The notes: generated by a model not told the origin, from the sequence alone. A stretch of DNA of 64,000 nucleotides from an uncultured Poribacteria bacterium (GCA_951813565.1 OX638351.1:3565506-3629505); one strand, 5' to 3'; shown: positions 30,785 through 40,969, counted from the first letter of the stretch. Translations and numbers: made by a program.

Positions 30785-31874
30785 CAGGACTTACGCAGTC
30801 TTGAAGATTATTGAAGGATTTGAGAGTTGATGTCGTAAATAATCGTCCAATAAGCTATCTTTAAGCTCATAAATTGTTCTACCAACTGCACGGGCAGTGC
30901 GTGTCAAACAGACCCATACTTGAAAACAACACGCAATATGATTTCTTTGCGCACGCAACTTGCGACATTGACATTTACCAATACCAGTGACTTGTTTGAT
31001 CTCACGATGAAATTGCTCAATCTTCCAACGCACTTTACATTCTTGGATTGTGGCATCCGCATCTGATTGAGATAAATCGTTTGTAGCGATATATACCGTG
31101 TGTCCGTTAGAGGACGCTATCCGGAACAACTTCACTTGATGTCCATTTGGAAACTTATTGATGTGCACGCGTTTTCCTTGTCGTATTTCTGTTTGGGTCC
31201 AACATAAATCTTGGACTTGTTGGTGTTGTTCAACACCATCCGTATCATTGACAAGACGATTACGCTTGAGAGGCACATAGTAAATCTTGGAAAGTTTTTC
31301 AATCGCTTTGATGACTTTCATTGACGCATACCAAGCATCCATGAGCACAGTCCGAAACGGGAGTTGTTTTTTCAAGTAGACATTGTGCAACATTTCCAGT
31401 AAATGGTCTATTTTGGTTTTACCATCATGATCTTTGTCAAAAATACGATAATCAATGATCCAATATTCTTGCGTCTTTGGATTGACATAAAGACACGTGA
31501 CAATACCGATGCCTACAACGACTTTTTTGTCGCTACCACTCCATTGAGAACGAAGGGCTTCAATCTCTTTGGCATGGAGTTTAGGAAGCACAAAATCATC
31601 AAAAACTATGTATCCTTCATCATCATACTCAATGTCATCCTTTACGGATTGCCAGAGTTCGTTGGAAGGAATGTTTTCATTTCTCAAAAAACGATTGAGT
31701 TGATCGTGGCTCCATTTCTCTATATGATCAGCAAAGTAGGTTTGTGTCCAATTCGTGACACTTGCTATCAAAAACTGACAATAATCGGAAAATAGGTTTT
31801 CCTTCTTTTGAGAGTGGGAAAATGTAATCATAATAGAATAGTATACACCATTTTATAAAAATGCGTAAGTCCTG
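30785..31874 (-). mobile_element. IS701-family insertion sequence, 1090 bp, apparently intact
   Basis: 13-bp TIRs caggacttacgca (30785-30797) / tgcgtaagtcctg (31862-31874); 5-bp TSD atagt (30780-30784, 31875-31879). Confidence 0.9.
30791..31831 (-). CDS. IS701-family DDE transposase
   Basis: SHDQLNRFL, IVFDD, VLMDAWY, RWKIEQFHREIKQ, CQCRK. Confidence 0.9.
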   Translation of the reverse strand: MITFSHSQKKENLFSDYCQFLIASVTNWTQTYFADHIEKWSHDQLNRFLRNENIPSNELWQSVKDDIEYDDEGYIVFDDFVLPKLHAKEIEALRSQWSGSDKKVVVGIGIVTCLYVNPKTQEYWIIDYRIFDKDHDGKTKIDHLLEMLHNVYLKKQLPFRTVLMDAWYASMKVIKAIEKLSKIYYVPLKRNRLVNDTDGVEQHQQVQDLCWTQTEIRQGKRVHINKFPNGHQVKLFRIASSNGHTVYIATNDLSQSDADATIQECKVRWKIEQFHREIKQVTGIGKCQCRKLRAQRNHIACCFQVWVCLTRTARAVGRTIYELKDSLLDDYLRHQLSNPSIIFKTA

Positions 31875-32009
31875 ATAGTAAATTATGTAAATAAGTTCAC
31901 ATATATTCTGTAGGAGCGATCTCCGAATCGCGACGAAACCACTAATAGTCGGCAATCGGAGTTCCCTCGGACAGCTCAGATGTCCAGTTAATTGTAGAAT
32001 CCAGTATAA
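31875..32009. mobile_element. TATAG-ended MITE, family B; its left tip (30778-30784) is separated by the IS701 insertion
   Basis: Near-identical reverse complement of 42252-42388. Confidence 0.8.
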
Positions 32010-32015
32010 TGTAAA

Positions 32016-33038
32016 TTATGTTTTCTTGTAAATCAGACCACCGGGACGGAATCGCATTAGCAAAATAAGGACAATGCCAAAAATAAGGTAACGCGCACCT
32101 GCTAATTCGGGATATTCAGTAAATTGGGTAAGAACTTCACGTAAAATTTCTCCTAATGAGCCAAGAATAACTGCACCTATCATCGCTCCTCTGATGCTTC
32201 CCATACCTCCGAGGACCACCATACAGAGGATCAGGATTGATTCCCAGAATTCAAAGAATGGCGCACTAATGTTGACTTGAAATTGTGCGATGAAGCATCC
32301 TCCCAATGCCCCAATTGCAGCACTCACTGCAAAAGCAAGCGATTTATAACGACCAACATTAATCCCCATGCTTTCTGCTGCATTCTCGTCTTCGCGGATT
32401 GCAACCCACGCTCTGCCAACACGAGAATTCTGTAACCTATAGGTAATAAAAACAACCAAAATTAGCAAAATAAGAATGTGGTAATAGTTGTGCCAATTTT
32501 GATTGAACGTTATTTTAAAAATACCTGGCAAAGATAGGCTTGGGGCAGGAATCCCACGGAGTTGTCCATTTGGAGCACCAATTAACCACTGTTCGTTTCT
32601 CACTATGCGAAAGAACAACTCGGCAAACCCAAATGTGACAATCGCAAAGTAATCTCCCGTAAGCCGTAAAGTTGGTATTCCACGCAATAAACCCCACACT
32701 GTGCCATGTAGCACAGCCAGCGGCAAGGCAAACCAATAGGGAATACCAAGACGCTGCATCAATAACCCGGCTGTGTAACCTCCAATCAAATAGAAGGCAA
32801 CATATCCGAGATCAAGTAGTCCTGTAAATCCGCAAACGATATTTAGTCCGACAGCGAGAAGCATGTAGAGACAAGCACGAACAACAATCCGTAGTACGTA
32901 ATCTCCACCCGGCCAACCAAAGTCGATTCTATATTCGGATAAAAATTTCCCTATACCATCAATACCATACATGAACAGTGGTAAAAAACAGATACATAGG
33001 CAGAGAATTATGTTTTTAGGTGTTAATTTATCTCGCAT
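32016..33038 (-). CDS. livM: Branched-chain amino acid ABC transporter permease LivM
   Basis: GLNIVCGFTGLLDLGY, LRLTGDYFAIVT, GRAWVAIREDE, VVLGGMGS. Confidence 0.88.
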   Translation of the reverse strand: MRDKLTPKNIILCLCICFLPLFMYGIDGIGKFLSEYRIDFGWPGGDYVLRIVVRACLYMLLAVGLNIVCGFTGLLDLGYVAFYLIGGYTAGLLMQRLGIPYWFALPLAVLHGTVWGLLRGIPTLRLTGDYFAIVTFGFAELFFRIVRNEQWLIGAPNGQLRGIPAPSLSLPGIFKITFNQNWHNYYHILILLILVVFITYRLQNSRVGRAWVAIREDENAAESMGINVGRYKSLAFAVSAAIGALGGCFIAQFQVNISAPFFEFWESILILCMVVLGGMGSIRGAMIGAVILGSLGEILREVLTQFTEYPELAGARYLIFGIVLILLMRFRPGGLIYKKT

Positions 33039-33063
33039 CTAAGACTCATACTCGCGCTTTTCA

Positions 33064-33984
33064 CTATGCGCGTGTGCTTGTTGATTTGCCAAATAAACCA
33101 GATGGACGAATCAAAATTACAAGAATCATGATAATATATGCAAATGCTATCCGATAACCAGAGTGAATGTCAGCACCAAATACTTCGGCTATCCCAATCA
33201 CGAGTCCACCGAAAATTGCTCCAGAGATACTACCAATCCCACCAAGAACAGCAGCTGCAAACGCAGCAACCCCCTTATGATATCCCATCGTAGGTGTAAC
33301 AACTTCACTCAAACCAACCATAATGCCTGCAACTGCGCCTAAGGCAGAACCGATGGCAAACGTTACTGCAATAACTTGGTTCGTTCTTATCCCCATTAAA
33401 TTCGCTGCAACCGCATTTTGCGCGCACGCACGCATCGCTTTTCCTATTTTGGTTAAGTAAATCAACATGTTTAGGACGATCATTAAAACAATTGCTAAAA
33501 AGAGAATAAACACGTCACGAAAAGGTAGAATACCACCTCCAGGAAGCGGTATGGCATTTATAACTTCGCCTGTTTTTGTCACTTCACTGAGAAAAAAAGA
33601 CGGCAGAGATTCAGACGGAAATTGACGCGGTCTCGCTGACCAAATCATTCGCGCGAGGTTTTGCAATGCAAGCGATATACCGATAGCCGTTATCAGCGCT
33701 GATAGACGCGGTGCATTTCGAAGCGGCCTGTATGCTACAAAGTCAATCAACATTCCTAAAATAGCACAAAGGAGCATGCTAAACGGCAAAGCTATCCAAA
33801 ACGGTATACCAAAAACCGTGATAAGCATAAGTGCAATGTAGGCGCCAAACATGTAAATCTCACCATGCGCGAAGTTAATCAATTGAATAATGCCGTAGAC
33901 CATTGTGTAACCAACAGCAATAAGCGCATAAATACCCCCGAGTACCAATCCATTGATTAATTGTTCAAAAATTTGGGCCATCAT
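33064..33984 (-). CDS. livH: Branched-chain amino acid ABC transporter permease LivH
   Basis: YALIAVGYTMVYGIIQLINFAHGE, GKAMRA, AAVLGGIGS, RPSGLFG. Confidence 0.9.
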   Translation of the reverse strand: MMAQIFEQLINGLVLGGIYALIAVGYTMVYGIIQLINFAHGEIYMFGAYIALMLITVFGIPFWIALPFSMLLCAILGMLIDFVAYRPLRNAPRLSALITAIGISLALQNLARMIWSARPRQFPSESLPSFFLSEVTKTGEVINAIPLPGGGILPFRDVFILFLAIVLMIVLNMLIYLTKIGKAMRACAQNAVAANLMGIRTNQVIAVTFAIGSALGAVAGIMVGLSEVVTPTMGYHKGVAAFAAAVLGGIGSISGAIFGGLVIGIAEVFGADIHSGYRIAFAYIIMILVILIRPSGLFGKSTSTRA

Positions 33985-34059
33985 TTCTTGTTTTTAGTCC
34001 CCCATTATGGAGATGTCTCACAGGACATTTTGCACTTAAGCTATTAGAGGTAAAACCAA

Positions 34060-35277
34060 TTACTCCATATCAAGTAGTTGTTCCTCAGCTGCAGCAAATT
34101 TCCCATCTTTTACTATCTTTACATAAGCCGGTTTATCAATCGTGTCCCCATTATGATCAAAATAGGTTAGCCCTGTGATCCCTTTGAAGCCTTCTTCAGG
34201 CGTATCTATAGCGGCTAAATGTTCACGGATAGCCGTTCGATTATCTGCAACCGATGCTTCCGAATTATAAGTTTTTTGAAGTGCTTCGGCAATCATTCCA
34301 ACCGCATCGTAAGTTAAAGCAGCCCAAGTATCTGGCGGCACACTGTGAAGTTTTTCAAAATTGGATGCCATCTCCTGCGCTTTTTTGTCATCAGCACCAA
34401 ATAAAAAGGGAGTCGTAATATAGGTGCCTTCTGCAGCTCTTGAACCAGCAGTTGTCAGGAAATCGGCATTATCAATACCATCTGCCCCAAAAAATTGTGC
34501 AGTAATCCCTGCTTCACGTGCTTGCTTTACAATCAAGCCAGCTTCCGTATAAAGTCCAGAAATAAAAATAGCGTCAGGCTTTTTGGCTTTAATGCTGGTC
34601 AGTTGTGCCTTAAAATTGGTAGTATCCCTTTCGTACGCTTCTGAGGCAACAAGAGTAAGTTCTGTATTTTCGACTTCAGCGACAAACGCGTTTCTTAAAC
34701 CACGCCCATAATCATCGTTATCAAAAAAGACAGCAACCGACTCAAGATCGGTCAAAACATTATCTATATATTGCGCAATGAATTTTCCCTGAAAATCGTC
34801 TCGATATAAATTACGAAAAGTCCATTTGCTCCCTTCGCAAACCTCTACAGCAGTAGAACCAGGGGAAAGTTCAACAATACCAACACGATCATAAATAGTT
34901 TGACCAGCTAATGAACACGCACTGTTAAAATGCCCAACAACTGCCAAGATTTTGTTGTCGTTTGCGATGCGTTCTGCCACAAGACTTGCTTCTGATCCTT
35001 TGCCAGCATCATCTCTAAAAAGCAGCGTCAATTTCATACCATTGATTCCGCCAGCTTCGTTAATCTCTTTTTCTTTAAGTTGAGCACCTCGTTTGATCAT
35101 ATCTCCAAACGCAGCAGCACCGCCTGTATAGGGTGCTGCAACCGCAACTTTTAACTCTTGTTGTGCTTCTTGTGTTTCGTCCGTTTCGTCAGCATTGTCT
35201 GTATTTTTGGCTGGCGGTTGGCATCCCCATACGGATAAAAGTCCCACTACCAGTAACCCTACAAGCCAATTTCTCAT
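34060..35277 (-). CDS. livK: Branched-chain amino acid ABC transporter substrate-binding lipoprotein
   Basis: Lipobox VWGC; INEAGGING, VVGHFNS, DDYGRGL, YDAV, GITG. Confidence 0.85.
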   Translation of the reverse strand: MRNWLVGLLVVGLLSVWGCQPPAKNTDNADETDETQEAQQELKVAVAAPYTGGAAAFGDMIKRGAQLKEKEINEAGGINGMKLTLLFRDDAGKGSEASLVAERIANDNKILAVVGHFNSACSLAGQTIYDRVGIVELSPGSTAVEVCEGSKWTFRNLYRDDFQGKFIAQYIDNVLTDLESVAVFFDNDDYGRGLRNAFVAEVENTELTLVASEAYERDTTNFKAQLTSIKAKKPDAIFISGLYTEAGLIVKQAREAGITAQFFGADGIDNADFLTTAGSRAAEGTYITTPFLFGADDKKAQEMASNFEKLHSVPPDTWAALTYDAVGMIAEALQKTYNSEASVADNRTAIREHLAAIDTPEEGFKGITGLTYFDHNGDTIDKPAYVKIVKDGKFAAAEEQLLDME

Positions 35278-35291
35278 TTACATATACTCCT

Positions 35292-36074
35292 TCATTGTAT
35301 AGCAGATTTTTCTGAAACGACCTGCCTAAAGTCAAATTTAAATTTCAATTTTTCCTGCTTGCCATCTGAACGTACTACGTTGATTTCGGGAACAATAATC
35401 CGCATTTCCGTATTGTCAAGATTGAGTCTTTCAAATATTAAAAGTCCACGTCGCTTTGCACCTTTGAACAACTTTCCACTCTCAAAGAGACTTTCCGCAA
35501 CGACTGCATGTCCTTCCTCCAATGCTGCCATATCCAAGTAAGTTTGAGAGTATGGATAATATCTGTGATAGGGAGAATGATGGTGTGGATATGTTCTTGC
35601 GGGTAATACGTTATGCTCTGAGGGAGTCACGTTGTCGTAGAGGTCTTCAAAGTAATCGTAAGTAAGGTTTGCGTATTGCGCGCCATTTCGATCAATAAGT
35701 ATTGCCGATTCTTCAACCAAAACCCGTGGCGTATCAAGATTGTGGACTGTCATTTCAAAAACTGTATAGATCGGTTCAACATCACCACGTCTGCCAACAA
35801 TGAGATAAGGATTGATGCGCGGATCATCGGTTAACTCAAATATCTCTACTTCATCAAGCGGTTCAATGGTAACAGCAACCCCTTTTTGCAGCATGGTAAC
35901 AGCACCTGTTTCAGGATTAATTTTTGTGTTTGTCTGTCCTTCAATTGGTTCTATGTAGACCTCAACTGAAGGTTGCGGCACCACTGCACAACTCGCTAAC
36001 AGTACACTGACTAAAATAAGTATACCGAAGCGTAGGTAGTTTGTATATGTACCTTTCAGTATTTGGCATGTCAT
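35292..36074 (-). CDS. Hypothetical lipoprotein
   Basis: ATG 36074 after AGGAGG; hydrophobic stretch and lipobox LASC. Confidence 0.65.
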   Translation of the reverse strand: MTCQILKGTYTNYLRFGILILVSVLLASCAVVPQPSVEVYIEPIEGQTNTKINPETGAVTMLQKGVAVTIEPLDEVEIFELTDDPRINPYLIVGRRGDVEPIYTVFEMTVHNLDTPRVLVEESAILIDRNGAQYANLTYDYFEDLYDNVTPSEHNVLPARTYPHHHSPYHRYYPYSQTYLDMAALEEGHAVVAESLFESGKLFKGAKRRGLLIFERLNLDNTEMRIIVPEINVVRSDGKQEKLKFKFDFRQVVSEKSAIQ

Positions 36075-36218
36075 GAACTTTGCCCTCCTTTTCACCGTAA
36101 AACACCAATAATACATATTGGCTCATGTAAAGTATGTGTGCGTTTGTTTTCACGAAGTCAATGGTCATAGGGATAAACAGTTTCATTTGCACTTATTTTT
36201 TTCATGAACCTACATATT

Positions 36219-37529
36219 TTACACAATATCTGTATTATTGTCAACGTTTTTATCAGTTTTCTCAATCTTTTGATATTGTGATGTCAAATTCAGGATAAGT
36301 CCACCCCATATACATGATGCTACCATAGCGGCAATGGAATAGACTGCACCGGGAATAGTTTTCACAACCACACCAATTAATGCAATGACACTCGCGCTAC
36401 CACTTTTGCCAGAACGATATAAAAAAGAATCTATAATCTGTTTTGCGCGGTAGCGTTCGTCATAAGAAAGGGGCATATAGAATAATTCTTTACCAGCACG
36501 AAATAGCGAGTAGTCAAGTGCTTTGAACATTAGAAAAGCTCTTGAACCAGCACGAAGCGATGGTGTAAGAGTCAAAATAAGTCCGTTGACCAGATGTACT
36601 ATTGGAATGCCGATATGGATAATCCGAATAGAGACAAATCGTAGTGCTATAGGGACAACAATCAACTGCAAAACTGCCGCAATTGCAGCAAGACCTGCAT
36701 AAAATTTACCGAAGTATGCTGTCATGGTATCTGTATTAAGTATTTCTTTTTCGACCAATCCATCGAATCGGATGACAAGAACGGTTGAGATAACTTGGGT
36801 GCTTAGGATAAGCAAACCAATAAAGACAAGATATCTGGAACTGAAAAGGGTTTTTACGCCGAGGTGTCCCCTCCGTCCACCTTCTTCTGCAACAGCCGGT
36901 TTTGGTTCTCCTGCAAGGTTGTAAGCAATAACACCAAAAATTGCTGCTGGGATGAGGGAAGCAGTTGTAAACAGTAGTAGGGTCTCAGAACCTAAAGTTT
37001 CTGCCCATCTATTAACGAGTAATCCTCCAACAACGGATCCGACAGAGGCAATCGCGCAAAAAGGACCGTTAATAGTCTTCGCTTGTTTAGTCGTAAGAGT
37101 ACTGTTGACAAAAGACCAAAATTGCTCAAGGACGATCACAATGTATGCTTCACGAAAAACGTAAATGATAGCAGCAGCAAAGTCTATGCCGTTTAAAAGT
37201 GCTATGTAGGTCCCTAAGATCAAAACCCCTGATAAAACAGAAGTAATTGCTAAAGTACGTGTCGCACCAAGCCATGAGAGCAAACGTCCATAAATGTAGA
37301 GAAGTAGAAGGAGCCCGGGTAGGACAGCCGCCATAACGCGTGGGAGGTTTTCTGCAGTGTATGCCGCAATGAATAAGGATTCTGAAACAGCACGAATAAA
37401 CTCATAACCGAATAGAAGAAAACTCGCAGCAGCAGAGATTGCAAATGCAGCAAAAAGGATATGTCTTGGAAGATTAACGAACTCTGAAAAGTAGCGGAAC
37501 ACGCTTCGTGTGCTATTATTTAAATCCAT
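36219..37529 (-). CDS. Npt1/Npt2-like (TLC/AAA family) nucleotide transporter homolog
   Basis: About 12 TM segments; QFWSFVNS...QAK, YSLFRAGKELFYMPL..ERYRAKQIID..YRSGKS. Confidence 0.7.
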   Translation of the reverse strand: MDLNNSTRSVFRYFSEFVNLPRHILFAAFAISAAASFLLFGYEFIRAVSESLFIAAYTAENLPRVMAAVLPGLLLLLYIYGRLLSWLGATRTLAITSVLSGVLILGTYIALLNGIDFAAAIIYVFREAYIVIVLEQFWSFVNSTLTTKQAKTINGPFCAIASVGSVVGGLLVNRWAETLGSETLLLFTTASLIPAAIFGVIAYNLAGEPKPAVAEEGGRRGHLGVKTLFSSRYLVFIGLLILSTQVISTVLVIRFDGLVEKEILNTDTMTAYFGKFYAGLAAIAAVLQLIVVPIALRFVSIRIIHIGIPIVHLVNGLILTLTPSLRAGSRAFLMFKALDYSLFRAGKELFYMPLSYDERYRAKQIIDSFLYRSGKSGSASVIALIGVVVKTIPGAVYSIAAMVASCIWGGLILNLTSQYQKIEKTDKNVDNNTDIV

Positions 37530-37559
37530 ACTTACGGAAATTCATGACTGTCATTGCAG

Positions 37560-38381
37560 TTAGGGCAGGGTATCCTCAGCGGGACGTGGGTTGTGAACCC
37601 AATGTCCATTTGGATCAGTTCCTCTGGCAATAATAGCCCGTTGGTTCCAATTGTTCGCGGCATAGACTTCTGGTGGCACAAATCGCATTGTTAAACCACA
37701 TCGACGCCGATCAGAGGTGTTCGGTTCTGAACCGTGCAACAGTAAATCAGAATGCAACGAAAGCTGCCCTGCTTTCATTTCAAACGGTACAGGCGCATCA
37801 CCAAATTGTTCTGGTTCATGAACAGTCTGACCAAGTACATTCTTTTCCTCTGCTGTACTTCTTTCAAACGCGATCTGTCCATGTAGATGTGATTTTGGAA
37901 TAACAGTCATCGCACCGTTTTCGACGGAGGCATCATCAATCGCGAGCCATACGGTGACAGTTTTGCTCGGAGAGAGTGGCCAGTAAGACGCATCCTGATG
38001 CCAGCTTACCTGTTTTTCTTCGCCAGGAAGTTTGCAGAAGTAATGTGTTCCCCAGCAAATTAGATTTTCACCGAGCAGGTCTTGGACATAATCCAGTATT
38101 CGGTCTTCAGTAATGAGGTCATGAATGCCTGCACTACGTGTATGCCAACCGTTAATGGAATAACCGTTTCCACCTTCCGCCAAAACTTTTTCCATAAGTT
38201 GGTTGAAGTATTCGCGATGTTGGAAGATTTCTGCTTCAGAGAAAACGTCTAAAGGACAGATGAATCCGTTTTCATTAAAGTGTTGGATTTGGGCACGCGT
38301 TAATGTTGACGGGTTTTCGTTTTCAACAGGGAAAAATTGTAGTTTACGCTTGAGTTCTGGGATTGCATCCGTAATTGCCAT
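37560..38381 (-). CDS. Phytanoyl-CoA dioxygenase (PhyH) family Fe(II)/2OG oxygenase
   Basis: WHQD, TVWLAIDD, ENGAMTVIPKSH, LHGSEPNTSDRRR. Confidence 0.88.
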   Translation of the reverse strand: MAITDAIPELKRKLQFFPVENENPSTLTRAQIQHFNENGFICPLDVFSEAEIFQHREYFNQLMEKVLAEGGNGYSINGWHTRSAGIHDLITEDRILDYVQDLLGENLICWGTHYFCKLPGEEKQVSWHQDASYWPLSPSKTVTVWLAIDDASVENGAMTVIPKSHLHGQIAFERSTAEEKNVLGQTVHEPEQFGDAPVPFEMKAGQLSLHSDLLLHGSEPNTSDRRRCGLTMRFVPPEVYAANNWNQRAIIARGTDPNGHWVHNPRPAEDTLP

Positions 38382-38647
38382 TGAAAATCTTTCTCCTAAG
38401 TATACTATGGTTTGGACAATTTTAAAAGTTTCCGTCCGGTAGATTTAGGTTAAATGAGACGCTGGACAGATCAGAGAGATTCTGATACACATTTCGCCCC
38501 GCTGGGGCTAAAGAGGTGTGGAGCAATGTTTTTCTATAAACATTCCGCCCCGCTGGGGCTGCTCTTATCGCATCCGATATATGTTTTTTCTGTGAGTCTT
38601 TACAAAAACGCAACTCATAGAAAATAATTTTTAGTGCTCAACTAACT

Positions 38648-38944
38648 GAGGGGTGTGCATAAATAATTCCGATGTTAAATATGCGCTTAAAGGTAGTCCG
38701 CACACGTCGTGGGTTTCCGTCCACAAGTTCAAAGAGGCGCAGCATGCCACACGGGGAATGCCATAAGGCATTCATACCCGCCAAATGCCTCAATGGCATT
38801 TGTAGCGTTGATTTCTTGATTTGGCGCATGCTGCGTTGATTTGGCAATGAATTGCGCGACTACAAACGCATTTCTATAAATCAAGCGGCACATGGCGTCT
38901 GTCCCTGTCTGTGTTGATGCGCCAAATATTTATGCACACCCCTC
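38648..38944. mobile_element. IS256-type MITE (family D) with 8-bp TSD
   Basis: Perfect 18-bp TIR gaggggtgtgcataaata / tatttatgcacacccctc; TSD aactaact (38640-38647, 38945-38952). Confidence 0.85.
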
Positions 38945-38982
38945 AACTAACTAGTAGCCCCAGCGGGGCGACAGGTGTATCA

Positions 38983-39071
38983 TACCAAATTAACGAGTTT
39001 TGTATTGTTTTCACTGCCGAGAACACGGGCGGGCACAGAGACCCGCCCCTACGATTTTGGGTAATTTGGTA
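38983..39071. mobile_element. Small TIR element around a REP hairpin
   Basis: taccaaatta / taatttggta ends, flanked by tca on both sides. Confidence 0.45.
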
Positions 39072-39214
39072 TCAGTCCAACTTCTATTGATGTCGAGGCG
39101 TTTCTATTAACCTTCACTATCACACAGCGCTTCTGAAAATTGTCCAAACTATAGTAATTATAAGTGGTAAATATCTTACGACTTTTCATTTCATAAGAAT
39201 ATCATACTGATGTT

Positions 39215-39243
39215 ATCATACCCTATCTAAATTCCGTTGTCAA
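39215..39243 (-). promoter_or_regulatory. Sigma70-type promoter facing the PhyH gene
   Basis: Minus strand TTGACA (39243-39238), 17 bp, TATGAT (39220-39215). Confidence 0.6.
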
Positions 39244-39268
39244 CTTTTTTGTATCAGTCAAATAGCAT

Positions 39269-40969
39269 TCATTTCGGTGTGTTTATAAGCCCGTGTCCCT
39301 CTTTAATACGAAGAATTTGATTTGCTTTCAAATTGAGAAATCGTTGTTTCTGTCCACTTGGCCAGTGGAGTTCGAGCGTGTCAATCTCAGTGTTTTTTCC
39401 AAGACCAAAATGAACGCGGAGATCGTTTTGTGAAAGATAACTGGAACCGCTATGAACCTCTTTAAAAAGTGAGAGACGGCCTGCTTTCAAAGTAATTTTC
39501 GTACCGATCCCTGATGTGTTGCTCTGTGTGCCGATTGTGTGAATTGTAATCCAATTATTAGTATTTCCCCCATCGTTGCGGAGGAGTTTTGCATGTTGAT
39601 TGGAGTGATTGAGAAAAATATCAATATCTCCATCGTTATCGTAATCACCAAAAGCTGCACAGCGACCTACCATTTTCGTCAGTTGTGTTAAACCGACTTC
39701 AGCAGAAACATCGGAAAAGATATAGGTATCATCTTGACGGTTGTTCTGGAAAAGCAGATCTGTTTGTGCATAAGTTGCATCCGAAAATAAATCAATATTA
39801 TCCTGAAGATGCCCATTGGAAACAAAGATGTCTTGTAGACCATCATTGTTATAATCGAAGAATTCAACTGCCCATTTGAAATATGGAACAGTTACAGCTC
39901 CAATTCCCGAAGCAAAGGAGACATCCGTAAAAAATTGTGTTTTTTCATTGTGAAAAAGAAGGACAGGTTGGGATGGTGCATTGCTTACAACTAAATCAAG
40001 GTCCCCATCGTTATCGTAATCACCGAAAGCACTCCCCATGCCGCTACCGGGAATACCATTTTCGTCATAGCCTGTTCCGGTAAAGTCCGTTACATCGGTA
40101 AACGTGCCATCGCTATTGTTTTGGTAAAGCAGGTCAGGTTCCATGTCGTTAGCGATGTGTAGGTCTGGATCGCCATCATTGTCATAATCCCCCACCGCAA
40201 CTGCAAGTCCGAGGGCGCGATGCGTAATTCCTGCTGCAATGGTAACATCCATGAAGGTTCCATCTCCGTTATTACGGTAGAGAATGTCTGGTTCACTCTT
40301 GAAACGACTGTTATCCATTTGATCCACAGGACTACAATAGATACGGTCACCTCGCGACTCCCACCCTTGGTTTCCCTCAGTGGTGAAAATCATATAGTTC
40401 ACAACATATAGGTCTACATTTCCATCTAAATCGTAATCCAGAAATGCACAACCTGTTCCCCAACGTTTATCATCCACACCAGCTTTTTCGGAGATGTCGG
40501 TGAAAGTTCCATCGCCATTGTTTTGATAGAGGCGGTTGCTTCCGAAGTTTGTTACATATATTTCTGGATAACCGTCGTTGTTAATATCTGCGGCAGCACA
40601 CCCAACGCCGTATCCTGTGTCGCCAATACCTGCTTTTAGCGTTACATCAGTAAAAGTGCCATCTCCATTGTTCTGATATAGTTTATTTATTGGGGGATGA
40701 GTGTTATTATTAGAGGATTCTGCTGGTTGGGTAGGCATGGGGATTTGTGTTGCGTTAATAATATAAAGGTCAAGATTGCCATCACGGTTAAAGTCAAAAA
40801 AGAGTGCACCTGAACCCAGTGTTTCAATAAGATATTTTTCACCGCTTCTGCCATCATAATGCTCAAAGTCAATTCCTGCAGATGCGGTTACATCAACGAA
40901 TTTAACTTCTGTATAAGCGGAAGTACTGAAGAAAACCAAACACAGCAGAAGATAGCAAATACATCTCAT
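39269..40969 (-). CDS. CRTAC1-family protein (FG-GAP/VCBS repeats + ASPIC/UnbV)
   Basis: Signal peptide; repeated DYDNDGDxDL and NNGDGTFTDV; C-terminal SYLSQNDLRVHFGLG...WPSG. Confidence 0.9.
   Translation of the reverse strand: MRCICYLLLCLVFFSTSAYTEVKFVDVTASAGIDFEHYDGRSGEKYLIETLGSGALFFDFNRDGNLDLYIINATQIPMPTQPAESSNNNTHPPINKLYQNNGDGTFTDVTLKAGIGDTGYGVGCAAADINNDGYPEIYVTNFGSNRLYQNNGDGTFTDISEKAGVDDKRWGTGCAFLDYDLDGNVDLYVVNYMIFTTEGNQGWESRGDRIYCSPVDQMDNSRFKSEPDILYRNNGDGTFMDVTIAAGITHRALGLAVAVGDYDNDGDPDLHIANDMEPDLLYQNNSDGTFTDVTDFTGTGYDENGIPGSGMGSAFGDYDNDGDLDLVVSNAPSQPVLLFHNEKTQFFTDVSFASGIGAVTVPYFKWAVEFFDYNNDGLQDIFVSNGHLQDNIDLFSDATYAQTDLLFQNNRQDDTYIFSDVSAEVGLTQLTKMVGRCAAFGDYDNDGDIDIFLNHSNQHAKLLRNDGGNTNNWITIHTIGTQSNTSGIGTKITLKAGRLSLFKEVHSGSSYLSQNDLRVHFGLGKNTEIDTLELHWPSGQKQRFLNLKANQILRIKEGHGLINTPK

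Larger units (their letters stand above)
38403..39156. mobile_element. TA-flanked MITE (family C) enclosing further nested elements
   Basis: 21-bp inverted ends tactatggtttggacaatttt (38403-38423) / aaaattgtccaaactatagta (39136-39156), 1 mismatch; internal cgccccgctggggct REPs. Confidence 0.75.
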
